From positions 1,119,650-1,155,191 of the forward strand of contig WELB01000003.1 in assembly GCA_009602725.1 (NCBI GenBank): a stretch of DNA of 35,542 nt, in the 5' to 3' direction. The notes under the pieces were generated by a model, which had not been told where the DNA came from, did not search any database, and saw only the letters and a list, made by a program, of their open reading frames with translations. This document shows, in pieces, positions 21,331 through 32,900 of this stretch (positions are counted from its first letter, which is position 1; the number at the start of each line of letters is the position of its first letter). The DNA is from Spirogloea muscicola. Lineage: Eukaryota. The translations under genes were made by a program, and so were the position numbers.

Positions 21331-24300
21331 TCAAGCTCGTGAGGTGGGCGTCCCATCCTTGGGCTTGGCATATAGAGCCTCATAGACTGGGCGTGTCCTG
21401 AGCACCAGGACTGCCGTCGTGCACATGCCGACAATGCAAAGTCCGGCCATGATAAGGAAGGTGAGGCGGAAGCAATGCGCGCCACTGCAGTGCCGTTCGG
21501 CACTGCTCGGTGCAGGACTTGGAGCCGGTCCTACTTCTGCTGCCAGCGCTCCGTAGGCTGAGGTCAGGCCCCCCTGCAGCAGTCCTGCCAGCGTGCTGAA
21601 GCTGCCGCCAAGTGAGGGTGTTGTCGGCGCTGATTGCAAGCTCGCGAGGACAGAACTGGAGCTGTCATGGTGGCACTCACGGTCGTAGATATATCCGGCA
21701 AGGCATGAGGAGAAGAGGTATGAGCCCAGGGGATTGGCGAGAGCGATGAAGTTGTAGATGAGGCCGAAGTGTGCGAGGCCAAAGAGCTCTGACGCCGTCG
21801 CCGGCATCACTGCCCAGTGTACGCCGTAGCACATACCTGCCATGCCGACAGGTGATCGCAGAGTGACCAAGCTAGTAGAGACTGGTGAAGAGAATTCTAT
21901 GACAAGTTTTGTGACAGTCTGACGTCCAGGCTTGTGCTCCAGATCTCGGGCACTCACCAACAAGGAGGGAGCCGACATAGAGAGAGCCTGGGACAGCGAA
22001 GGCGAAGCAGAGGTGGCCTACGGCGAGCAACGCCTGGGCGCCAAGCTGCACCAGCGGCCGCGGCAGTGCCATCTCCCTGCATGACGAAAGCGGCAGAGGA
22101 GCTGAGGACCTCTTCTTCTGACGACATTGAGAGGGGACAGGAAAACTAGGAGATGCACGATAGAAGGCGGGTGTGAGAGAAGAGAGCAGACCCACAGACC
22201 ACAGACCACAGACTACAGACTACCAACTACAGACTACAGCATCCCATGAGTGCGAGTAGTAGTAGCCTCACCTGACGCAGTACTCAGATAGAAAGCCACC
22301 GCCGAGGCGACCGAGGAAGTTCCAGACGGAGACGAGAGAGACGAAGATGCGAGCATCGGCATAACCCTGCGCTTGCCCCATCTGGGCAAGGTTGTTGATG
22401 GCCGTGAGGCCACTGCCGCAACCACACAGGCAGGACGCAAAGAGGAGCCAGAAGTCCGCCTTGACCAGCGCCTGGCGCAGCGTGAAGTCCTCGCCGCGCC
22501 GCGGGCCCCCGCGCCGCCGCCTCTTCACCGCACCCTCACCAACTGCCACAAGGATCGCAGCCGCTGAATTCACCCGCCAGAGCCGCAGCGGCTAGCGCAC
22601 AGGCAAACGCGGGGAGAAGGGGGTTATGCAGGAGGTAAGTATTCAAGTGAGGGGTTTAACTACAATCTCCATAAGGGTGACTGAGTGCCAAGATAGCACA
22701 TGCACATTGCAATCAGAGCTTCTAATACAACTAAAAGCAATCTAGCGAGTGATTCTGGCTGTTGCTTTGAATGCGCCTCGACACGGGCCACTGCAAATCT
22801 TGTTGGACTCTTGTCACTCATCCACTGAATCAGTAAGCAATGAGGTGGCGAAGTCTCACGGGAGGTGAAGGTGGTCGTGCATCCAGGTCCGGAATCGAGA
22901 TGTCCGACTCCACGCGGACCATGCGCTGTGCAAGAGTGAGGCGCTTTGGAGACGGAGGCGGCAGCGTCCGCGGTGGCGTTGGCCAGGTCTGCGATGTTCC
23001 CCCCTCTTCCAGCCACGCAGCGCTGCCGCCGCGATCGGCATCCTCCGACAGTTTGCTGGTAGCCTCCACGGCGGCCCCGCTGTGCCAGGGGTCCCCCGGT
23101 AGCGACCCAGCGGCGGCTGCAAGACCACTGCCGCTGCCGGCATCCTCCGAGATTCTGCGCAGGCGTTCCCTCCTCAGCGCTGCCGCATTCTCGACAACCG
23201 AAGGCGGCGGTTCTGCAGCATCAGAGCTGGCTCCCGCCTTTTCCTCGCCCTGTGGCAGCAGGCCTTGCAGCAGACTCTCGTCATCCGTTGCGGCCCGCTT
23301 GCACCGCCGGTGGTGCGCCAGCGCCGCACGGGCAGGCGCCACCAGCAGCAGGAGCAGCACAAGCAGCATGCCACCGGCGATCAGCTTTGCGGCGGGGCCG
23401 CCGAGGAGCTCTGGACCGGCCGCATCCTCGGCGAGGATGGCCGCGAGGAGGTAAGCGGCCAGTGACAGGCACAGCACGTAGAGCACCATGAAGTTTGCCT
23501 GCTCCTCCTGCGTGCCTGCCAGCGACGAGCACAGCATGCACAACTCTGACGCTTTAAATCAGGACACTCAATCAAATCAGGTATACATAGGAGGTCATGT
23601 ATCTCAGGATTCAGCACCAGGGCTTAAGTACAAATATAGGTGTGGGTAGGAGTTTAGATTTCTCAGGTCCAGGGTTCAGCATTAGCACTCAGAAATGGGT
23701 GCGAGGATATGGGGTTAAGCATAATGTGGCGTACTCTCAGCACTGTTCGGGCTCGGACGGATGATAGGCGCGACGCCGAGGGCGACGAGCGCGGGGACGA
23801 CGGCAACGAGCGCCAGGAAGGAGCGCTGGTCGGGCGCGAGGGCAGCAGCGTAGAGCTGCCCGAAGATGGCGCCGCTGAGGCCGATGAAGCCCTTGAGAAT
23901 GCCGACGACGTTGCCGCGGGAGCGCGGGAAGTTGCGGACGCACGTCACGAGGCTCGCTGTTCCGAACCACGTCGCGCCGTTGGTCCCCAGGCAGATGAGC
24001 ACGCACATCTTCAGCGGCACCAACATCGCAAGTGGGTTCTTCTGTTAGCACCTTCAGTGTGCTGCTGACGCACCTCCTCGATGTTGACATACCCAGAAGA
24101 GAAGAGAAGGCGCGCGGTGCGCATGACATGAAAGGTTGCCCCATTACAGCCGATACATTATACAGGCAAAAGCTAGTGCAGAAGAAGAAGGGGGGGGCAG
24201 GAGGTGGAGTGCGCAGGCTAAGACACAGGAGCGCAGGAGGAAGGTGAGGAGATGGGCGAGAAGGGAGGTAGAGGCTGTGGTGGGCGGCGGACCTGCCAGT

Positions 24301-24986
24301 AGGGGAGGGGGGGCCAGCGGCCGGAGGCGACGAGGTAGAGGCCGCCGTAGCCGGCGAGGTTCTGGACGGCGCCGGCGAGCAGCATGGCGGCGGGCGGGAG
24401 GCGGTCGCAGAGCAGGCCGGCGTGGAGGCCGCAGTTGTCGCCGATGTCCTTGGCCACGCCCAGGCCGTCTACGCGCTGCTGGCTGTACCCCAGCCGCGCC
24501 TGCGCGAGCACTTCATAACGACGTCATTACAACATAACATTATGGGATCTATTTCATGTATAACAAGCTACTTTTAAGGTCAAGGTTAAGGCTTTCGGGT
24601 TTTGGGTTTGGGGATTGCCGCGACCGCTGCACTGGGCTTGGGCGCGGGGTCCCACCACCCACGGCCTCGCTCATTGATACAAGAGCTGAGATATGGCTCC
24701 GAGTCTCGGGGATCAAGCTGACAGTGGCTCGGGGCTTCTCTCGGCTTCAGAAAGCAATGACTCCAGCAATGTGCTGAGGAGGGGATTCCGACGCTGTTGC
24801 AGCCGCAAGGGGCGGCCGGGCGTCCTCGCCGCAAGGCCGGCAGCGGCGGCAGGAGCGGTGGAGGGGAGGGAGGAGGGAGGGAGGGGCCCCGCCTTGAGGA
24901 GGGGGGAGTAGATGGCGAAGTTGTACGAGTTGCCGGAGCAGGCGAGGAGCCACATGGAGGCCACCAGCGCCAGCCAGCGCTCGTGC

Positions 24987-25018
<32 letters not shown>

Positions 25019-25024
25019 ATCCAT
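21331..25024 (-). CDS. Nodulin-like / NFD4-type major facilitator superfamily transporter, ~737 aa, 7 exons
   Basis: Exons 25024-24893, 24499-24293, 24008-23735, 23515-22860, 22591-22272, 22076-21958, 21836-21331. Motifs RWLALVASMW..CSG.SY.F.IYS, LGVAKDIG, LVTCVRNFPRSRG.VVGILKGF.GLSGAI, GEDFTL.QALVKADFWLLF, ASELFGL.HFG, C.GAHCF. An upstream start inside the gap cannot be excluded. Confidence 0.93.
22188..22240. repeat. Imperfect 7-bp tandem repeat (ACAGACC/ACAGACT)n in an intron
   Basis: cagacccacagaccacagaccacagactacagactaccaactacagactacag. Confidence 0.8.
24096..24135 (+). repeat. Isolated intronic copy of the repeat seen at 5653-5692 and 6961-6999
   Basis: AGAAGGCGCGCGGTGCGCATGA is identical at 5661-5682 and 24105-24126, followed by TGAAAGG in both. 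Confidence 0.85.
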
Positions 25025-25050
25025 GGCCGCCGCAGACGCCGCGCAGGCTC

Positions 25051-25559
25051 NNNNNNNNNNNNNNNNNNNNNNNNNNNNNNNNNNNNNNNNNNNNNNNNNN
25101 NNNNNNNNNNNNNNNNNNNNNNNNNNNNNNNNNNNNNNNNNNNNNNNNNNNNNNNNNNNNNNNNNNNNNNNNNNNNNNNNNNNNNNNNNNNNNNNNNNNN
25201 NNNNNNNNNNNNNNNNNNNNNNNNNNNNNNNNNNNNNNNNNNNNNNNNNNNNNNNNNNNNNNNNNNNNNNNNNNNNNNNNNNNNNNNNNNNNNNNNNNNN
25301 NNNNNNNNNNNNNNNNNNNNNNNNNNNNNNNNNNNNNNNNNNNNNNNNNNNNNNNNNNNNNNNNNNNNNNNNNNNNNNNNNNNNNNNNNNNNNNNNNNNN
25401 NNNNNNNNNNNNNNNNNNNNNNNNNNNNNNNNNNNNNNNNNNNNNNNNNNNNNNNNNNNNNNNNNNNNNNNNNNNNNNNNNNNNNNNNNNNNNNNNNNNN
25501 NNNNNNNNNNNNNNNNNNNNNNNNNNNNNNNNNNNNNNNNNNNNNNNNNNNNNNNNNNN
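25051..25559. other. Assembly gap covering the NFD4-like/SET divergent promoter and the SET gene start
   Basis: Continuous Ns. Confidence 0.99.
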
Positions 25560-28500
25560 ACCGGCGCCGGCGCGGCGGGAGGTGGCGTGGGGGTGGGACG
25601 GGCAGAAGGTGTACGAGGTGTCGGCGCTGGAGGCGTGGCTGCGCCGCGAGGGCCTGCCGCCGCAGCGCGTCTCGCTGCGCACCGTGGACGACGGCAACCG
25701 CGGCCTGGTGGCGGCGCGCCCCGTCTCCGCCGGCGACGCCCTCCTCTCCATCCCGCTCCGCCTCCTCATCACGCCCGACACGGTCCGCGCCTCCTGATAT
25801 GATCACAATCGTACTTCTAAATTGACGGTTAGACTAATCAGTCTTTGTATGCACCTGGCTGGCCTTGACAGCCGCTTTTCTAATAACCGGATCCTCTAGT
25901 TCTACATCTGATGCCAGAACGGTGGTCGAATGTGGATCAGATGCACAGCGTGCCGAATGTCAAATCCACAGCGAAGGCTGGCAGTCATTCAAGTGCGCGC
26001 CAGTCCCATGCATTGTTGCATGCACCATCTGATCACATACACTGCAATTGGTGCGAGCGCAGGTCTACGGCTGCCCGCGCCTGGGCGCCATCTTGCGAGC
26101 TGCGAGCGTGCCCGAGTGGCCCGCGCTCGCGACGTACCTCGTCGGCGAGGCCTCACGCGGTGCTGCATCGGCCTGGGCTCCGTACATCGAGGCGCTGCCG
26201 CGCACGCCAGCCTGCATTCTGCAGTGGTCCGTCGACGAGGTCGACCGGCTGCTCGCGGGCTCCCCGGTTCAGCGCAAGGCCTTCGAGTGCATCGCCGACG
26301 TCACCGACACGTACGTTGCCCACATCCTTGCAGCCAAGCCCTGCACCTCATGTCTCTGAGCTCCGCGTACTGCAGAATACTGACTGAGCAAGCCGCAATA
26401 CTCTAATTTGCAAATATGGATTGTTTCTAACATTCGGTACTTCTTTTCTCCTTAAATGGCGTCGTGCTACGCTTGGCGTTGGCCCCCGTTGATGGCTCAG
26501 CTTCTACGACCTCGAGGCTGCCGTGTTTGAGAAGCACCGGGACATCTTCCCAGCTGAGGTGCGACTTCAGTAGCCCACTGAAGCTTGGTGTGCCCACCGG
26601 CACGCGCAGCAGTCCTAAGTTCATGCGCAATTTAGGATTGCCGGTGACTGCCACACATCTGCAGAAGTTGTGGTTGGCAGCAGGCAGCGGGATGGAGGGT
26701 TCATCAAGCCCGCTCCTCGAGCATGTGATCTGGCTGTCGTCGTGCCTGACTCGCTGAGGAGGCTGTCCTGCCGGGCTGCTGCAGGTGTTCACACTGGATG
26801 CATATAAGTGGGGCTTCGCCGTCCTCTTCTCGCGCTTGGTCCGCCCTCCTTAGCCTTATCATACTTCTGAATGCTAATGACCTGGCCATCGCTTAAGCCC
26901 CATGTATTTACCTTCTTGATCAGTAACGGCCAGCTACCTCTTTCATGATATGCAAAGACAAAGTCGTGAAGCTGTAACGCTGAGTGGCCCGCTCTCACCA
27001 GCTGTTGAGGATGCCGTCTGCGTCATGCAGGTGCGGCTGCCATCATATGGCAACAAGCTGGCGCTTGTGCCCTGGGCAGACATGCTCAACCACAGCCCTG
27101 AGGTGCGTGCCTGAGATACACCTATTTCGTGGACCCTTCTGAACCAGCCATGAGTATAAACTCTCGACACTCTTGGCCCCTCCTGCACACCTGGTCGGAA
27201 ACCGATCAACCACTGGGCACTCCAGTCTATGCACAACTGGAGCAGCTCCATACATTGTACACTTAGACACCCACTCAGAGATGTGCTATGAGCTGACACT
27301 AGTCAAGTTCTTGATGTAATAGTGAACGTTATTGGGTGTGCAATTACAGAACGGCAAAGAAGAAGAAGGGTAATAGCAATTATTGTTGGCTGAAACCATG
27401 TGCTGGCTCCTGCATAGCCCATGCAGCACATTTGAATAGAACCACCCACAGTGATCCTACCATTAGCCAAGTCCTGCTCCAGGTCTGTCAAGTACTGGCC
27501 GTGTGCACCTCACGCTGCTGCTTTGGAGCTCTTGCAGGTCTCATCCTGCCTGGACTTTGACACCAAGTCGAACACCATAGTGCTCCGACCTGATCGCAAG
27601 TACGAGCCTGGGCAGCAGGTCCGATGGCAAGGAGCTACTGACCTGCTGCAGCATGTCCTTGATCTTGCTTCGAGGCCAGTTTTGAAGGACAGATTGGTGC
27701 TCGGACGAAATCTATTCGTAAGATGAATCCTCAGCCAGGATTTGAGTTTCACATGCTGCGCTTCTCAGGTGTATAATAGCTACGGCCCGCGGCCGAATGG
27801 CGAGCTGCTTTTGGCGTACGGCATCGTGCCAGCAGGCCGCAACCCCAGGGACGCAGTCGAGCTGGCGCTGAGCCTTCGACAGTCTGACTCGATCCTGGGC
27901 GCCAAGCAGGAGTGCCTCCGGGCCGTGGGACTTAGCCCGTATTGATCGAGCCCATGGCACCCCACTGCAAGATCACCCAAGCTTCACTCTTAATGTCATG
28001 TGGAAGCAGTAACTGTTTCCAGTCCTGAGAGGACACCTTCGTTTGCCAAGCTGCAACTATACCAAGATGTAGGAAGAGGGTCTTGCCTGTTAACATTCGC
28101 ACGGCTGAGTTGTGGGGCTGGTTTATGCCATCTGCTACATCTCTACCCCAGAGTCTATTAGCACGTCTTGAGTGCTAAGCTCAGTCATTGTTATGCATTA
28201 TGGAGTGCAGCAAGACAATCTGCTGACTTAACTTCCAGATGATGGATTCCAGAGAAGCAAATGCATGAAAACCTCTTGGTTTTGACCAAAGCGTCGCGCA
28301 TGGACAGGGAGAAGTCCTTCCCTGTGAAGATGGACGGGATGCCCAAGGAGCTGCTGGCCTTTGCAATGTTAGCCGTGGCGGGACCCGAGACTACAAGGGA
28401 GACGTTGGCCCAGGTTTGACTTTACTTCCTGGTACGCCAATGACATGTCTGACAGCTTGAGAGCAGTATCACTGGAGTGTTGAAGGTCAGGCCCTACTAT

Positions 28501-29469
28501 AGGATAGATGATCAAGGATGTGGTCAGATCAGGAAGAGTGCCTGTCTTTTACCAATAGATCGTAAGCAGCATGAGGAACTGCTAGGTGGGCAGTAGTAGA
28601 AGTATCAATGCTGCAGATTTAAGATCTGTGAAGATAGGTTAAGAAGACATATCATGTCATTGTTATTGTTACAACCTCAAATATCATGAGGATGAAATTA
28701 TAGCAGTACATGACAATGATGCCTACTTATGTGCTGAGAGGATTGACGAGGGCGCCACCCGTGCAACCTGTCAGCTTGCCTCCCAGGCGGCTGGAGAAGG
28801 CGCAACCAGAGAGGCCCCGAGAAGCATGGAGGAGGAGATTGAGGCTCGGGAGCTGATTTTGGCCTCGTGTCAAGTGGCACTCTCCAACTACCAATCAAGC
28901 TTAGAGGTGCGCATAATGACTGCTCTCTGGACCTTAGTAGCTATCTACAATGAGCAACATCAGTTGGTCACTTCTTGTGTTGCTTCTGGCAATCATGTAA
29001 ACAGGACGACGAGCAAGCTTGCGAAGGAGGCAAGAATGCGGCTGGTGACTCAGTCCTGACAGAGAAGGAGCAAGCTGCGGCGGCGCTCCGTGTCAGTGAG
29101 CGGAAAATTTTGTACCGAATAGATAATGTACACTCTCTGTCCTGCTCTCAAGCTCATACTCATTGCTCATGGCTTCCAACTTGCTGCAACATTTACTGTT
29201 ATAGATCTCATAGTTATTGTAAATTTTGTAGACGGCGGTAAGCCCCGCTGTCGCCTTTGAGGTCTCATATGCAAGGCGGTTCAATCTCTCACCAAGTCAT
29301 AGTTGCCATCTTGATGGGTCAGGTGCTACGGCAGGAGCTCAGGCAGCTGAGGGGTTTGGAGGATGCGAAGGCCGGGAAGAAGCGCGTGCCTTTTGGCAAC
29401 AACTATGGGGGCCGGAGTGGGAATCTGTTTGAGAGTATCCTTGGGCGCATTGTCAGGCCGCCAAGTTAG
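25560..29469 (+). CDS. Rubisco LSMT-like SET-domain protein lysine methyltransferase (5' end in gap), at least 11 exons
   Basis: Exons <25560-25782, 26063-26310, 26501-26558, 26785-26838, 27031-27102, 27538-27618, 27769-27938, 28308-28413, 28775-28906, 29005-29127, 29323-29469. Motifs GNRGLVA..., SAWAPYIEALP, LVPWADMLNHS, SYGPRPNGELLLAYG, and LSMT substrate-binding tail ALRVSERKIL. Confidence 0.92.
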
Positions 29470-29964
29470 TGTGCCGGCTACCTGGTCCATCCCCCGTTTT
29501 ACTCACTAAAGGCAACCACTTGCAGACTGCACCAAGTTGTGCAGCTTGCTTCTCGTCCAGCCAATACTGAGAAACCAGCAGCAACGGAAGCACAGGACCA
29601 AGCTTTTGGCGCTGCACCCCTCTAACACCACATAGAGTTTGCATACAATACATGGCTCAGCAATAGCTGACTATTTCCACTCAGATATTTATTTCTGTCG
29701 CATGTCATGGTCGATTGGTCCTATTTGTTGTGATTAAGCATGTGTAGATAACAACCAACAAGGCAGTGTCCTTCATGTCGAAGGTACGCAAAAGGTAGCC
29801 TGGAGACACCAATTCTCTAACAGAAGAATAATCATCTGAAGAATTCCTCAGGTATGATTTACACTTTGATAGTAAAGCCCACAGCAGGGCCTGTTTTCAG
29901 TAAGAAGACTGTATAGCATTGGGCTGCAAGATTGGTCTCTAGTCAACACAGAGCCTAGGCCCAT

Positions 29965-32900
29965 TTATTGTCCTGGCATGCTGAATGGGCGAGGGGCTTG
30001 CGGAAAGTGCTGGTGCATTGGGGGAGGGTAGAAGTGGGGCGGCCCGTGATGCACCGGCAGGCCCATGGGAGGGCCGCCATAGCCCTGGCCAAGTGAATCT
30101 GATGTCCGTCAGGCATTGGGGGATCCTTGCAGTGCTTGAAAGTAACAGCTAACCATGTTGCATACATGTTACATTTAACTGCATATAATTGACAAGGCCT
30201 GTAGACAGCGCACGTCGTCTTTCAAAGTCAAGCTGATAAGTTGGAGCAGGGAGACAGCATCAGTCTACAAAGTTGCTAACACAAAGCGAGAGGAAATCTT
30301 ACCCCATGCTGAGGAGGCCATGTCATGGGCGGTGGCGGGTGGTGCATTGCGGGATGCACTTGCAGCGGCCCATGATATGGCCCGCTGTGCTGCCTGGGCA
30401 TCTGTGGCGGGTGCGGCGGCAGCCCCGGCTGGTGGTGGACGTATGGCTGGTGAGGACTGCCTGCCACAAAGTGCGGCGGACGCGGAGAGGGGTGCAGTTG
30501 GGGCTCCGGATGCCTGAAAGGTGGAGGCTGGTGGTACACCGGAGCTGCCTCAGTTGCCTGAGGCAGCCCACTATAGCCGCTTGGAGCTGGCGGGTGTCCC
30601 TGTACTGCCGCTGCACGATCTGAAGATACAAGAGGCGAGGAAAAATATTAAGCGCTTCATTATGAATGCAAGTAACTGATCAGCTTGCACTCAGAGCTCA
30701 ACCCCTTCTAACTGCTGCACTTACAGCCAAATTTGGCCTAACCTCAACCTTCCAATGCCAGAACTCGGCATGTGAGTAGAGACTGGGCACATGTGATGAC
30801 AGGACCCACCTTCTGCCATGTCAGGTCCAGGTTGACGGGCAGCAGTGTCTGGCAGGTCTTGCTGCGTACCAGGGTCTGGTGCTGGCATAGGAGGAGCTGC
30901 TACTTTTGACCTCTGTACTACAGGAGCCAAGGTGGAGGCGACAGGAGCAGCCGCTTCAGAGAACCGCCGTTTGCCAGGCGCAGGGGCGGATGGGCCACCA
31001 TAGCTACCAAGCGCTACAGCGTTGGTCCTGAATGGCAGCTGGGCAGCCGAGCCGGCGGCACCAGCTGGCAGCGGGCTCGGCTGCGACTTTGTGACGTTGG
31101 CAGCGGCCTTGGTAGCTGCCGTAGCGTCCTCCGCATGGGCGGACAGCCTTTTTGGAGGCAGAGCGTCATTGTCTACTGTGCTCCGGTCCACAGCTGCACC
31201 GGGGGTGCTGGCCACCATGCTGCCACCAGCAAGCACCGCGAGGGCGGAGAGCTTCGGGCGCTGCGAGGTGGACGTTGCCGCCGCGCTCGCAGCAACCTGC
31301 CGCCAGCTCGCGGCGGCCTCCTCGCGCTCGCGCTCGCGTCGAGCTCGCTCCTCCTCTGCCCGCCGCCGTTCTCGCTCCTCCTTCTCCCGCTCCCGCTCCC
31401 GCTCCCGCTCCTTCTCCGCTTTTCGCTCCTTCTTGACTGCCGCCGCTGCTGCAGCCGCCACCGCTTCCGCTAGGCTGGGCTGCACCTTGGCGACCGGCTC
31501 TGCCGCCACCGAAGACTTGCTTATCGCACCCCTTGCAGACTTCTCCACCTTTGCAGACCCGGCTTCCTCCCCGACAGTTGACTCCTCCGTCTTTGCAGTG
31601 TGATGGTCATTGTCAACATACATTACATACTGCTGCGTATCTGCGTCCAACGTGTACCATTTCCCGGAGTTGCCGTTGTAGTACATGCCTGCAAGATATC
31701 ACAGTCCTGACTTGTTACAAAAAGAACGTATCATAGATTGTGATCTGCAAGCGTGACAGATTCAATGTTTGAGAATGGAATTTGCAGTGTAACAGCAGCA
31801 ACACCTTTCAGCCACACGGTTACTTTGATCAGGAGTTTAGGGGAGTAATAGCAGGCTTTGCTGCATGTGCAGCCAACACAGCATGACGTACCTCTGTGGC
31901 CGTCATAGTAAAGGCCAGTCTCTGCACTGTAGTAATAGCCTGATGCTTCATCCCACACATAACCCTTCTGAGCGCCCTTGCCGACCGTCTCCTCGGCTCG
32001 GCTCAAGGCTCGCTCCTCATCATCAGCCACACCATCAAAGCCATGTTGTTCATGCTCCAAATACTCCCTGCTTGACCGCCGCTGCCGGTGCCAGTGCCCC
32101 GGCCTCGACCAACTGCCGCTCTCTCCCTCATGGCTAGGAGGAGAACGTCTACGGTCGCGCCTCACACGATGGAGCCCTTCCTCCGGCCGCCCAGCGTCCG
32201 GTGCTACCCAATCTTCGTCCCCTTGCCAGCGGTCATCCAGTGCCGGCTGGCTGCTCATGCCAGGGTGCTGCGCATCATGCGTATGGGGTGCCGCATGCAG
32301 CTGGTGGAGGCGGCTGGCAAGCTGTGCCCGCTTGGCCGCCGCCGCCTGGAGCACTGCTTCGACCGAATCCGCCTCTGCCTGCTGACCCTGACTAGACAAG
32401 AGGTTCTCACGGGAGCCACTGTCTTCTGCCATGTTGTACTCTTTGAGGGCCCAGCCAGCGTCCTCGTACTGTGGAGGAAAATGAAGGGCAAGTCAGGCAC
32501 AATGCAGCACTAATGAGCTACATCTGGATGAGTAACTGGTGTACTGTGACTTGTGCACATGTGCTTAGTGACTATGACAATGCAGACAGGTGACTATGAC
32601 AATGCAGACAGCTTCAACGCTCGCCTCTGCCTGATATCAAGCAGCACACAGCTGAACAGCCCCAGCAGGTCCTGTTGCTACTCAGACAGCAGGAGAGCTT
32701 GAGTGCTTAACAACTTCAGATTGACAAACATAAGTGGATACCGACAGAACGTAGAGCCTTCACAAGACGTGCTTGAATAGATGCAAAGGTCAACGTACTG
32801 GATTGATCCAGAAGCTTGACAGTCAGTACCCTCAGGCTTATCCGGCTAAGACACGAAAGCACATCTGACTGGCAAACCAATACTGACGCTGGTTAGTCGA

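Noticed and set aside
24575..24617. Telomere-like degenerate runs (also CCTAACCCTAA at 56-66 and the 23600-23720 intron)
   Set aside because: Too short and degenerate to call interstitial telomeric repeats or a telo-box
29955..30167. ORF-track frame (…DPPMPDGHQ…NKWA*) as the SUA terminal exon
   Set aside because: The CAG acceptor opening the exon at 30084 gives a Pro/His-rich frame matching the preceding exon and was preferred; neither frame encodes a G-patch
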